Origin: Acidobacteriota bacterium
GTDB lineage: Bacteria > Acidobacteriota > Thermoanaerobaculia > Multivoradales > Multivoraceae
Assembly (NCBI GenBank): GCA_003388555.1
Contig: QQVD01000027.1
Location: 23,951-87,950 of the forward strand
Length of the DNA stretch: 64,000 nucleotides
Direction: 5' to 3'
Made by a program: the position numbers and the translations under genes. How positions within the stretch are numbered: the stretch's first letter is position 1; each line of letters starts with the position of its first letter. Of the stretch, positions 47,366 to 56,651 are shown one piece after another. Below the pieces are notes generated by a model. That model searched no databases, was not told where the DNA came from, and worked only from the letters and a program-made list of their open reading frames with translations.

Positions 47366-47659
47366 TCACCGCCCGGTGATCCCCGCGAAGCGCTCGAACA
47401 CCTGGAGCAGCTCCGTCACCTGCTGCTGACGCTCGGAATCGTCGCCGCTGCGCATGGCGTCGGCGACGCACGTCTCGACGTGGGTGCCGAGCAGCAACTG
47501 GCCGACCTTGCCGAGAGCACCGCGCACCGCGGCGATCTGGATCAGCACGTCGACGCACGGCTGGTCGTCCTCGATCATGCGGCGGATGCCGCTCAGCTGG
47601 CCCTCGGCTCGCTTCAACCGTTGCACGAGCCGTCGTGTCTCCTGCTGCCGTTGGTGCAT
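47366..47659 (-). CDS. csoR: CsoR/RcnR/FrmR-family metal-sensing transcriptional repressor
   Basis: ~97 aa all-helical; family motifs LKRAEGQLSGIRRMIEDDQPCVDVLIQIAAVRGAL (W/Cys-x... C-H-C ligand positions: C45, H70?, C74 context ...THVETCVADAM). Confidence 0.8.
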   Translation of the reverse strand: MHQRQQETRRLVQRLKRAEGQLSGIRRMIEDDQPCVDVLIQIAAVRGALGKVGQLLLGTHVETCVADAMRSGDDSERQQQVTELLQVFERFAGITGR

Positions 47660-47683
47660 TCGCGAAACCTCCCGGAGTCGACT

Positions 47684-47700
47684 ATACCCATACGGGGTAT
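47684..47700. promoter_or_regulatory. CsoR-type operator ATACCC-ATACG-GGGTAT
   Basis: Perfect 6-bp inverted arms ATACCC/GGGTAT around a 5-bp spacer, 25 bp upstream of csoR start; closely resembles the B. subtilis copZA CsoR box (ATACCCTACGGGGGTAT). Confidence 0.6.
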
Positions 47701-47987
47701 TGGTATCAACGGGTTGCCGGCGATCGCGCGGCCCGTCTGTGTCATCGGGCCACGGGCGTGGACTCGGGCCGAGCCGACGGGCGCTATGCTCGAAGGCCGC
47801 GGTGCGGTGCGAGTCCCCGTGGATGCCTCCGACTGCCCGGGTCGCGGCCGTCGCGGTCGCGGCGCCCCTCGCCGGCGCCGCGTGGAAACGGTGGAGATCA
47901 CCGCCACGACCGTGCGCGCCACGGTCGACGACGCCGGGCTTCCCGAGGGCGAAACTAGCGCTGCTGGAAGGCCGTAGGAGGTGTGCT

Positions 47988-48941
47988 GTGGCACGTCAGC
48001 TGGCACGAGAGATCATCTTCGCGATCGGCGACAACATGCGGGAGGGTCTCGAACCGCTGTTGACCAAGACCCTGGCGCCGTCGCTCTACCAGGTCTACCT
48101 GCATCGCGAGGACTACGACCGTCTGCGCACCATCTTCCCGCAGATCGAGGAGGAGGCCCGTCTGCACCTCGACCAGCAGCTCGAGCGGCTCGACCAGGAG
48201 GCGGTGCCGGTGGCGCGCAAGGTGCGTGGCAAGCTGCCCGAACGTCTGCGCGGCGGCGACGACGGCGCCCCTGTGTCGCGTCATGTGCCGGCGGAGGGCG
48301 CCTGGCACTTCCGCTTCCAGGAGGACCCCAACGAGTCGCTGGAGCCGGGCGAGATCGAGGTCGTCTCCGAGCTGGCGGTCGGCGAGCTCCCCGACTACGG
48401 AGGCGGCAGCGCCACCCAGCGCATCGCGGTGTCGACGACGCGTCGGCTCGGCCGCAGCGCGACGCGCCGCCAGAGCACCGGCGAGTCGGCGACCTCCTCC
48501 GGCGCCGAATCGGCTGACGCGGTTGCGCGGCCGGCACCCGAAGTCGACATGGACCGCACCCTCGCCTCCGCCCGGCTGGTGCCGCCGCCGCTGGTCGGCG
48601 TGCTGCGCTGGCAGGACGACGACGGCGATCACCGTTTCGAGCTCGACAAGTCCGAGATCTTCGTCGGTCGCGGCGCCGTCGACGTCTGGGTCGACGTGCG
48701 GGTGCGCAGCAAGGCCGACGTCTCCAGGCGCCACCTGCGCATCGAACGGCGGGAGCCTGAGCCGGGCGCCGAGGCCGCGCGGCGCTACTGGGTCGAGGAC
48801 CTCAGTCAGTTCGGGACCCGGCTGAACGGCGAGGAGCTCGATAGGCAGAGCCCGGTCGAGCTGCCCCCGAATGCGGTGCTCGAGCTCGCCTCCGTCCTCG
48901 AGCTGCGCTTCTCGGTGGAGCCTTCCGAGGCAGCGCGATGA
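47988..48941 (+). CDS. FhaA-like protein: N-terminal DUF3662 + C-terminal FHA domain
   Basis: GTG start after AGGAGG; N-terminus (REIIFAIGDNMREG...YQVYLHREDYDRL) resembles mycobacterial FhaA DUF3662; C-terminal FHA core (FELDKSEIFVGRGAVDVWVDVRVRSKADVSRRHLRIER...FGTRLNGEEL). Confidence 0.7.
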   Translation: MARQLAREIIFAIGDNMREGLEPLLTKTLAPSLYQVYLHREDYDRLRTIFPQIEEEARLHLDQQLERLDQEAVPVARKVRGKLPERLRGGDDGAPVSRHVPAEGAWHFRFQEDPNESLEPGEIEVVSELAVGELPDYGGGSATQRIAVSTTRRLGRSATRRQSTGESATSSGAESADAVARPAPEVDMDRTLASARLVPPPLVGVLRWQDDDGDHRFELDKSEIFVGRGAVDVWVDVRVRSKADVSRRHLRIERREPEPGAEAARRYWVEDLSQFGTRLNGEELDRQSPVELPPNAVLELASVLELRFSVEPSEAAR

Positions 48942-49029
48942 AGCCTCTGCGCCGCACCGCGCGGCGACGCGCCCACGTGGCTCTCGTGCCGGTTCCTGCC
49001 GCGGCGAAGCGCCCTCGGGGGCCCCGGCG

Positions 49030-50952
49030 ATGAGCGACTCCGTGGCCGGCGAGGGCCTGCGCATCGCCTGGAAGAGCGACGTCGGCACCCAGCGCGAGGG
49101 CAACGAGGACGTCGTCGTCTGCGAGCCGGAGCTCGGCCTGTTCGCGGTGATCGACGGCGTCGGTGGCGAGGTCGCCGGAGAGCGCGGCGCCGCCGAGGCG
49201 GCCGAGATCCTGCGCCGCCGGCTGCGCCGCGAGGAGGGCTCGACCGAGCGCCAGGTGCGCGAGGCGGTAGCGCTGGCGAACAACCGGCTCTACGAGCTCT
49301 CCGAGGACGATCCGTCGCTGCGCGGCATGTCGTGCGTGTTGACCGTGGCGCTCTTGCGTGCGCAGGAGATCGTCGTCGGCCACGTCGGCGACACCCGGCT
49401 CTACCTGATCGATCAGGACGGCATGCAGAAGGTCACCAGCGACCACTCTCCGGTCGGCCAGATGGAGGAGCTGGGCGAGCTCAGCGAGGCGGAGGCGATG
49501 CGCCACCCGCGACGCAACGAAATCTTCCGCGACGTCGGCAGCGCCTGGCGGGAGCCCGACGACGCAGACTTCCTGGAGATCTACCGCCGCGACTTCCCCG
49601 GCCAGGTGGCGATGCTGATCTGCTCCGACGGGCTGACCGACCAGGTCGGGACCGCGAAGATCCTCGAGGTCGTGCGGCGGTGCGCCGGACATCCGGGCGT
49701 CGCGGTCGACGAGTTGGTTCGCCTGGCCAACGAGGCCGGTGGCAAGGACAACGTCTCGCTGGTGCTGGTCGAGGGAGAGGACTTCGCGGCCGAGGTCCTC
49801 TACTCCGAGCGAGGCGCCGACGAGCTCGGCGACACCCGCCGACTGCAGACCGGCGACGCGCACGCAGCGCGGCAGGCCGGCAGCGAGGGCGCCCGGCTCG
49901 CCGTTGCCGGGGCGTCGGTGGGAGATCCCGGCCCGCCGGCGCCGAGGCGCTCCGCTGCCGCCGCGACCCATGGCCCGAGAGGCAGTGGCGACCGGCCGGC
50001 CGCCCTGCGCGGCGCCGCGGCGGCGCGCACCTCACGAATCCGCACCGTCGCCGGGGTGGCGGCGCTGGCCGCACTGCTGCTGCTCGGCTGGCTCCTGCTG
50101 GGCAAGCCGGGTGCGCCTCCGGCGGTGGAACGTGCGGCCGATCGCGTGACCCGGCGGATCGGTCTGGGTCCGGCCTGGACCCTCGAGGTCGGCCCCGGAC
50201 GCGGCTACGAGACCATCGGCGCGGCGCTCGCCGACGCCCTCGGCGGGGATACGGTGCTGGTCGACGACGGCACCTACCGCGAGCGCCTGGAGCTGCGCTC
50301 GGGGGTCAGCGTGCGGGCACGCAACCCACGGGCGGTGGTGCTCGAGACCGCCGCCGAGAGCAGCGCCGACGATGGCGCCGCGGTGCTCGCCGAGAGGGTG
50401 CGCAACGCCCGCCTCGAAGGGATCAGCATCGCCGTCTCCGGCGAGGCGGCGTCTGGGGCAGCGGGCAGCGACGCCGGCCTGCCGGTGGCGCTGCGGTTGA
50501 TCGATGCCCGAGTCGAGCTCAGCGACCTGGAGATCTCCGGCTCCACCGATGCCGCCATCGAGGCGCTCGGCGCCGACGACAGCATCATCGTCCGCTCCTA
50601 CCTCCGCGACCACCGCGGCGCCTGCGTCCGGATCGCGCCGCGTGCCACCACCGAGGTGCTCGAGAACCTCTTCGTGCGCTGCGGCCAGGATGGATCGCAG
50701 CCGGCGATCGACGCGCGGGAGGCGATCGGAGCCGTGGTGCGAGGCAACGACTTCCGAGACAACCGGGTGGCGCTGTGGGCGGGGCTGAGGCCGCTCGAGG
50801 AGCTGCAGTTGGTCAACGACTTCGACCTCGATCCGGATCAGCAGGTGGTGTCTGGACCGCCGCTGAGGGAGCCGACGCCACCGGCCACCGACGGCGCCGC
50901 GACCGGAGCCGGTGCGGGAGGCGGCGGCGGCAGTGGAGGAGGCTCGGATTGA
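49030..50952 (+). CDS. PP2C-family Ser/Thr phosphatase fused to TM helix and extracytoplasmic right-handed beta-helix domain
   Basis: PP2C motifs (GTQREGNEDVVV, FAVIDGVGGEVAGERGA, LICSDGLTDQV, GGKDNVSLVLV) in residues 1-245; TM (VAGVAALAALLLLGWLLLG); C-terminal ~280 aa with parallel beta-helix-like repeats (GTYRERLELRSGVSVRA, ARLEGISIAVSG, VELSDLEISGS, NLFVRCG...). Confidence 0.8.
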   Translation: MSDSVAGEGLRIAWKSDVGTQREGNEDVVVCEPELGLFAVIDGVGGEVAGERGAAEAAEILRRRLRREEGSTERQVREAVALANNRLYELSEDDPSLRGMSCVLTVALLRAQEIVVGHVGDTRLYLIDQDGMQKVTSDHSPVGQMEELGELSEAEAMRHPRRNEIFRDVGSAWREPDDADFLEIYRRDFPGQVAMLICSDGLTDQVGTAKILEVVRRCAGHPGVAVDELVRLANEAGGKDNVSLVLVEGEDFAAEVLYSERGADELGDTRRLQTGDAHAARQAGSEGARLAVAGASVGDPGPPAPRRSAAAATHGPRGSGDRPAALRGAAAARTSRIRTVAGVAALAALLLLGWLLLGKPGAPPAVERAADRVTRRIGLGPAWTLEVGPGRGYETIGAALADALGGDTVLVDDGTYRERLELRSGVSVRARNPRAVVLETAAESSADDGAAVLAERVRNARLEGISIAVSGEAASGAAGSDAGLPVALRLIDARVELSDLEISGSTDAAIEALGADDSIIVRSYLRDHRGACVRIAPRATTEVLENLFVRCGQDGSQPAIDAREAIGAVVRGNDFRDNRVALWAGLRPLEELQLVNDFDLDPDQQVVSGPPLREPTPPATDGAATGAGAGGGGGSGGGSD

Positions 50953-53123
50953 GCCGCCAGCCGGCATCCGCGGCGGCCTACACCATCGGCCGCTTCGAGC
51001 TGCGTCGTCACCTGGGACGCGGCGCCATGGGGGACGTCGAGCTGGTGTGGGATCCACGCAGCGGCCGCGAAGTGGCGCTCAAGTGGATGCGTCTCGAATC
51101 CAGCGATCCGGATGCGTTGGCTGCCGAGCGTCAGGGCGCCGAGCTGCAGCGTCGCGTCGCCGAGATCGCCCCGCAGGTCGCCGGAGTCTGGGAATACGGC
51201 GAGCTCGACGACGACCTGCGCGGCAGACTGCTCTACGTGGCGATGGAGTACGTCGACGGCGTCGACCTGGTGACCGTGCTGCGCGACCAGGCTGGTAGGG
51301 CCCTGGCGCTACCGCGGGCTCTGCACATCGCCGACGAGCTGCTCAGCGTGCTGGCGACGCTGCACGAGTACGAGACCGAGATCGACGGGCGCCGCATCAA
51401 GTGCGTGCTGCACGGCGACATCAAGCCGGAGAACCTGCGCCTGCAGCCGGGCGAAGGCGGGGAGAGACTGCGCATCCTCGACTTCGGCGTCGCCAAGCAC
51501 CTGACCCTGACCCGTCAGGCGACCCGCAACCTGTTCGGTTCCTATCCCTACACGCCGCCCGAGCGGCTGCGCACCGGCATGGTCGACGAGCGCTCCGACC
51601 TGTGGGCGGCGGGGGTCATCCTCTACCAGATGCTCGCCGGCCGCTCGCCGTACGCGGCGACCTCGGCCGAGCAGCTCGAGCGCGAGCTACGCACCCGGCC
51701 GGCGACGCCCCTGGGCGAGGCGGTCGTCAGCGGGGCGTACCCAGATCCACTGTTGCGGCTGGTCGATCGCTCGCTCGCCTTCGATGCGCAGGACCGGTTC
51801 TCCTCCGCCCGGGAGATGCGCGAGGCGCTGCGTGGAGTGGAGATCTCGCCAGAAGCCGGTGCCGCCTCGCCGGCCGGCCAGCCGGCGGCTGGCAGGTTCC
51901 CGCCGTCGGCGCCGCCGACCGCCGACGAGGCCACCCGACGCACCGCGTCGACCGGCGCCTCGGAGGCAGACGACGTCGAAGCGACCCGGCGCACCGCGCC
52001 GCTCGCTCCGGTGCCCCTGCCGACTGCGGAGGCACCGCCGGGACTGCCGCCGCTGCCGGGAGTGGCGGCGCCGCCATCCTCCTCGCAGACACGGCGCACC
52101 GTGCCGCCGCCGCCACCACGCTCGAGCTCCGGCGAGACCCGCGGCCGGCGACCTGGCGCGGTGGCGCCGACGACCTCCTCCGCCTCCGGGACCGGATCCG
52201 CCGCGGCGCCGGAATCGTCGGTCACGCCGGCTCAGGCGTCCTCCACCCGCCGCACCTCGGGCCGTCGTCGCCGGCGGCTGCCGCGCTGGCTGTGGATCGG
52301 CGCCATGATCTTCCTGGTGCTGCAGTACTCCGCCCACAACGCAGCCCGCTCGGTTGTCGCCGAGGTGACGAGCGAGGCCCGGCCCGATGTCGACCAGGCG
52401 CTGTCGGCGTACCGTTTCGCTGCCCGCATGCGCCCGTTCGATCTCGGCCTGGGTGAGGCGCGCCGCGCGCTGCGCGGAGCGCTGGTCGAGTCGGCGGAGC
52501 AGGTGATCGCCGCCTTCTCGGGTGAGGCGGCGGTGCCGCGCCAACGCGACTGGCAGCAGGCCCACGAGCACCTGAGGGCCGCCATCCAGCTGGGCCGGGA
52601 CGACGACGGGGTGCGCGCCCGGCTGCACTACACGCAGGCGCACGACGATCGCATCGCGGCGCGCTCGGCGTGGAACGAACGCGACCGGGACGGCGCCCGC
52701 AACCTCTGGAACCGGTCGATCCAGGGCTTCGAGCGGGCCGCGGAGCTCGATCCGGAGTGGCCCGACCCCTATCTCGGCCTGGCGCGCATCCACGCCTACG
52801 AGGTGTTCGACCTGGGGCGCCTCGAACAGGCGCTGCGCTCGGCCCTCGGCCGCGGCTACACCTGGGCCGACCGCGAGAAGGCGCAGCTCGCGGACGCCCA
52901 CCGCACGCAGGCCCGGCGCCTGGTCTCGGACGCCGACGAGCTGCGCGGCAGCGACGTCGAACGCGAGCGCGACCTGCTGCTCGAGGCGCGCGACCACCTG
53001 GCGCTGGCGGTGTCGATGTACGAGCAGATCCCCGGCTTCGGCAACGCAGCGCAGAACCGCGATCTGGCGCGCACCGCGATCGACGAGATCGAGCAGCGGC
53101 TCGGTGGCCGGAGACGCCTGTGA
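50949..53123 (+). CDS. Ser/Thr protein kinase with TM segment and C-terminal helical (TPR-like) domain
   Basis: Gly loop LGRGAMGDV, VAIK-like VALKW, catalytic HGDIKPENL, DFG (ILDFGVA), APE-like (TPPERL); TTG start overlaps PP2C stop (TTGA); Pro/Ser/Thr-rich linker then TM (WLWIGAMIFLVL) and ~270 aa helical domain. Confidence 0.8.
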   Translation: MSRQPASAAAYTIGRFELRRHLGRGAMGDVELVWDPRSGREVALKWMRLESSDPDALAAERQGAELQRRVAEIAPQVAGVWEYGELDDDLRGRLLYVAMEYVDGVDLVTVLRDQAGRALALPRALHIADELLSVLATLHEYETEIDGRRIKCVLHGDIKPENLRLQPGEGGERLRILDFGVAKHLTLTRQATRNLFGSYPYTPPERLRTGMVDERSDLWAAGVILYQMLAGRSPYAATSAEQLERELRTRPATPLGEAVVSGAYPDPLLRLVDRSLAFDAQDRFSSAREMREALRGVEISPEAGAASPAGQPAAGRFPPSAPPTADEATRRTASTGASEADDVEATRRTAPLAPVPLPTAEAPPGLPPLPGVAAPPSSSQTRRTVPPPPPRSSSGETRGRRPGAVAPTTSSASGTGSAAAPESSVTPAQASSTRRTSGRRRRRLPRWLWIGAMIFLVLQYSAHNAARSVVAEVTSEARPDVDQALSAYRFAARMRPFDLGLGEARRALRGALVESAEQVIAAFSGEAAVPRQRDWQQAHEHLRAAIQLGRDDDGVRARLHYTQAHDDRIAARSAWNERDRDGARNLWNRSIQGFERAAELDPEWPDPYLGLARIHAYEVFDLGRLEQALRSALGRGYTWADREKAQLADAHRTQARRLVSDADELRGSDVERERDLLLEARDHLALAVSMYEQIPGFGNAAQNRDLARTAIDEIEQRLGGRRRL

Positions 53124-56100
53124 GCCACGTGGCTGCTCGGCGGAGAACGCGATGGTCGTGACCCGGCGCAGCGCCGCGCCGCAGCCGGACGCGGCGCGCA
53201 CCCGTCGGCGGGCGCCCGTGTCCGGCGCGCGCGGCGGTGGCTTCGCTGGCCTCGGTGACTGGGGCCGTGCACGTCGTCGCGAGCGCTGGGCGCTGCTGGC
53301 GATCACGCTGCTGACCGTGCTTGCGGCCCACCTGGTGACTCATCGCAGCCTCGAGCGCGCCGAGCGGACCTTCTCGGGTTGGGACGGGGGTCCCGGTGTG
53401 CCGGGGTCGGCGGAAGACGTCGCCGCCGAGACCGCGGCGGCCTCGCCGGCGAGCTCACCGCTGGACCTCAACCGCATCGAGGATGCTGGCGAGCTCGAAG
53501 CGGTTCTCGGCGCCTGGAGCGATCCCCGCGAGCGACGACTGATCGCCGAGAGCGTGCTGGCGGCGCGCGACGCCGTCGGTCCGTTCCCCAACGTCGGAGC
53601 GTTGGCCGCCCTCTCCGTCGGCGGCGAGGAGGTCGCGGGCCGCTCCTACCCGAGACTCGGGCCGCGGCTCGAGGCCGAGCTCGCGGCGCTTTCCGCCGCG
53701 GCAGGCGGCAGCGATCCCGCCGCAGCGGCGCCCGAGGTGGCTCTCTTCTCGGCCGCCGAGCTGAGGACGCTCAAGCCGCTGGTGGTGGTGCGTCAGGGGG
53801 ACTCGGTGCGCCGCCTGCTGCGCGGCTGGACCCTGCTCCTGATCGCCGCTCTGTGGAGCGTGCATCTGATCTGGACGGCGTTCGCTCCCCAGATCGACGA
53901 GGCGTTGCTGCCCGCGGCCGCGGCTCTCGTCGGTCTCGGCCTGCTGATGATGGTGGCGGTGCGCGACCCGCTGCGCGACCTGGTGCTCGCCGGTCGATTC
54001 GTCCAGGGAGCGGTCGCCGGGCTGGCGCTGTGCTGCGTCGTCGCGATGATCCCGCTGCAGCGACTGCGGCTGCAGCGACACGCTGCCTGGGCGCTGGTCG
54101 CGGCGTTCGGCCTGTCGGTGCTGCTGCTCCTCTTCGGCAGCGGTCCCGGCAACAGCGACGCCAAGGTGAACCTGTTCGGCTTCCAGCCGGTCGAGGCGAT
54201 CAAGCTGCTGGTGGCCGTGTTCCTGGCCGGTTACCTCGCCGAACGGTGGGAGCTGCTGCGCGAGGTCGAGGAGCGGCGCAGCGAGCTGCGGCCGCTCGGC
54301 AACAGACTGAGCGTGCCGCGTCTCGAGTACCTGGCTCCGCCGGCGGTCGCCATCGCGGCGGTGCTCGCCTTCTTCTTCTTGCAGAAGGACCTCGGGCCGG
54401 CGCTGGTGATCGGCGGCCTCTTCCTGATCCTCTACAGCACCGCCCGCCGCCGGGTCGGCCTCGCGCTGGCGAGCACGGCGGTGCTGCTGCTGGGCTTCTG
54501 GGTCGGCTACCTCCTGGGCGTGCCGGCGACGGTGCGCGGACGCATCGAGATGTGGTTGTCGCCGTGGAGCAGCGACTTCCGCGGCGGTGACCATCTGGCG
54601 CATTCGCTCTGGGCGTTCGGCTCCGGGGGGCTGCTCGGTCGGGGTCTCGGTCGCGGTGATGCGGGCTTCGTGCCGGAGGCCCACACCGACATGGTGCTTG
54701 CGGCCCTCGGCGAGGAGCTCGGCGCTTTCGGCGTGCTGCTGGCGCTCGGCCTGTACGCGCTGATCTGCTGGCGGGCCCTGCACGCCGTGCGGCGCGCCGC
54801 GGGTGCCTTCGGCTTCTTCCTCGGCCTCGGCCTGGTGGTGGCGATGGTGCTGCAGATCGTTCTCATCGTCGGCGGTGTGCTCGGGCTGCTGCCCCTCTCC
54901 GGCGTGGTGACGCCGTTCCTCTCCTACGGCCGCTCCTCGATGCTGGCCAACTTCGTCGCCCTGGGTGCGATCGCTTCACTGAGCGCCGCGGCGCGAGAGG
55001 GCGCGTCGGAGAGCACCGCGGTGACGGCGCTGCGCCCGGCGCTGCGTCCGATCGCCGTCGCGTTCGCGCTCGTCGGTGTGGTACTCGCCGCCCGCGTCCT
55101 CTGGCTGCAGGGCGTCGCCGCCGATCGAGTCGCCGCCCGGGCGACGTTGGCGCTGCAGGCCGATGGCGAGCGCCGCCACGCCTACAATCCTCGGCTGCTC
55201 CAGATCGCGCGGCAGATCGGGCGTGGCGCCATCGTCGATCGCAACGGCATCGTGCTGGCGACCAGTGCCCGCGGCGATCTCGGCACCCACGCCGCGATCT
55301 TCGCCGAGCTCGGACTCGACGACCTGACCCGGCGCTCGCTGCGGCAGGCCGACGAGCGGCTCTATCCCCTCGGGGGTTACGCCTTCCATCTCCTCGGAGA
55401 CCTCAATGCGCGCCGTGGCTGGGGGGCGCCGAACAGCTCCTACCTCGAGCGCGATCTGTCACCTTGGCTGCAGGGTTTCTCGGTCGCCGCGAGCGGCGTC
55501 GCCGGTGCAGGCGGCGCCGGAGGCTCCGGGACCACGGCGCCGCTCGATCACTCGCCGCTGCTTCCGCTGCTGCGCCACGGCTTCGAGTCGCGGCGCCGCG
55601 ACGTGCAGGAGCTGCTGGCGCGCGATCGCACCCTGCGCACCACGGTCGACGCCCGGCTGCAGGTGGCCGCGGCGCGTATCCTGGAGAGCGCGGTGGCGCG
55701 GGCCGACGCCCGCCGCGGCGCGCTGGTGGCGCTCGACGCGGAGACCGGCGCCGTGCTCGCTCTCGTCAGCGTGCCCTGGCCGACGCTCGACGCCGAGGAG
55801 CCTCCCCCGGACGAGGCTCTGCTCGACCGGGTGCGTTACGGCCTCTACCCGCCGGGATCGACCTTCAAGCTGGTGACGGCGATCGCTGCGCAGCGGCGGG
55901 GAGTCGGCGATCGCGAATACGTCTGTGAGCGGCTGGGGGACGGGCGGGCCGGCCAGCAGGTGCGCGGCTGGGGTCGCCCCATCCGTGACGATCCGAGGGT
56001 GCAGCGGCCTCATGGCCGGGTGGACCTGGAGCGCGGGATCGCGGTGTCCTGCAACGCCTACTTCGCGCAGCTGGCGGTCTACGACGTCGGCGCACGGGCG

Positions 56101-56619
56101 CTGCTCGAGACGGCAGCAGAGCTCGGCATCGACGTCGCGTCACCGAACACACCCGAGGCGCTCGCCGATGCGCTGCCGCAGGCGGCCTACGGTCAGGGAC
56201 AGGTCGTCGCCTCGCCGCTGGAGATGGCGCGCGTCGCGGCGACCGTGGCGACGGGCGGGCTGCTGCCCGAGGCCCACTGGGTCGAGGGTGGGGCCGAAGG
56301 GCCGGCCGCCGAGCCGCGGCGGCTGATCTCGCCGCAGGAGGCGCAGCGCCTCGCGGAGGCGATGCGCAGGGTGGTCAGCGAGGGCTCGGCGTCGCGGGCG
56401 TTGGCCGGCCTGCTGCCAGCGGTCGCCGGCAAGACCGGTACCGCCGAGGTCGCCGGCGCGCCGTCGCACGCCTGGTTCGTCGGTTTCGCGCCGTACTCGG
56501 CTGGCGGCCGCCGCATCGCCATCGCGGTGCTGATCGAGAACGGCGGCTACGGCGGTCTCGAAGCCGCTGGCGCCGCCGGACGCCTGGTGCAGGCGGCGAG
56601 CCGTCTGGGGATCCTCTGA
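53104..56619 (+). CDS. Fused SEDS glycosyltransferase (RodA/FtsW-like) - class B penicillin-binding protein (transpeptidase), single 1171-aa ORF
   Basis: No stop between domains. SEDS region (...PSEFAK-like QPVEAIKLLVAVFLAGYLA, DLGPALVIGG, TDMVLAALGEELG, LPLSGVVTPFLSYGRSSM). Then TM + PBP2-like transpeptidase with S-x-x-K (PGSTFKLV), S-x-N (SCNAYF) and K-T-G (KTGTAEV). N-terminal ~240 aa extension contains HhH-like motifs (DLNRIEDAGELEAVLG). Confidence 0.8.
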   Translation: MAGDACEPRGCSAENAMVVTRRSAAPQPDAARTRRRAPVSGARGGGFAGLGDWGRARRRERWALLAITLLTVLAAHLVTHRSLERAERTFSGWDGGPGVPGSAEDVAAETAAASPASSPLDLNRIEDAGELEAVLGAWSDPRERRLIAESVLAARDAVGPFPNVGALAALSVGGEEVAGRSYPRLGPRLEAELAALSAAAGGSDPAAAAPEVALFSAAELRTLKPLVVVRQGDSVRRLLRGWTLLLIAALWSVHLIWTAFAPQIDEALLPAAAALVGLGLLMMVAVRDPLRDLVLAGRFVQGAVAGLALCCVVAMIPLQRLRLQRHAAWALVAAFGLSVLLLLFGSGPGNSDAKVNLFGFQPVEAIKLLVAVFLAGYLAERWELLREVEERRSELRPLGNRLSVPRLEYLAPPAVAIAAVLAFFFLQKDLGPALVIGGLFLILYSTARRRVGLALASTAVLLLGFWVGYLLGVPATVRGRIEMWLSPWSSDFRGGDHLAHSLWAFGSGGLLGRGLGRGDAGFVPEAHTDMVLAALGEELGAFGVLLALGLYALICWRALHAVRRAAGAFGFFLGLGLVVAMVLQIVLIVGGVLGLLPLSGVVTPFLSYGRSSMLANFVALGAIASLSAAAREGASESTAVTALRPALRPIAVAFALVGVVLAARVLWLQGVAADRVAARATLALQADGERRHAYNPRLLQIARQIGRGAIVDRNGIVLATSARGDLGTHAAIFAELGLDDLTRRSLRQADERLYPLGGYAFHLLGDLNARRGWGAPNSSYLERDLSPWLQGFSVAASGVAGAGGAGGSGTTAPLDHSPLLPLLRHGFESRRRDVQELLARDRTLRTTVDARLQVAAARILESAVARADARRGALVALDAETGAVLALVSVPWPTLDAEEPPPDEALLDRVRYGLYPPGSTFKLVTAIAAQRRGVGDREYVCERLGDGRAGQQVRGWGRPIRDDPRVQRPHGRVDLERGIAVSCNAYFAQLAVYDVGARALLETAAELGIDVASPNTPEALADALPQAAYGQGQVVASPLEMARVAATVATGGLLPEAHWVEGGAEGPAAEPRRLISPQEAQRLAEAMRRVVSEGSASRALAGLLPAVAGKTGTAEVAGAPSHAWFVGFAPYSAGGRRIAIAVLIENGGYGGLEAAGAAGRLVQAASRLGIL

Positions 56620-56651
56620 CCGCGTAGCGGAGCCGTAACGGAGAAGGACCG

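Noticed and set aside
47988-48010. TGGCAC...TGGCAC pair resembling sigma-54 -24 elements
   Set aside because: It lies inside the start of the FhaA-like coding sequence and lacks the TTGC -12 element.
49332-53123. 1263-aa plus-strand ORF treated as one protein
   Set aside because: The first ~540 residues are Arg/Gly/Pro-rich and overlap the PP2C gene in another frame. The genuine kinase begins at the TTG at 50949, just upstream of the glycine loop.
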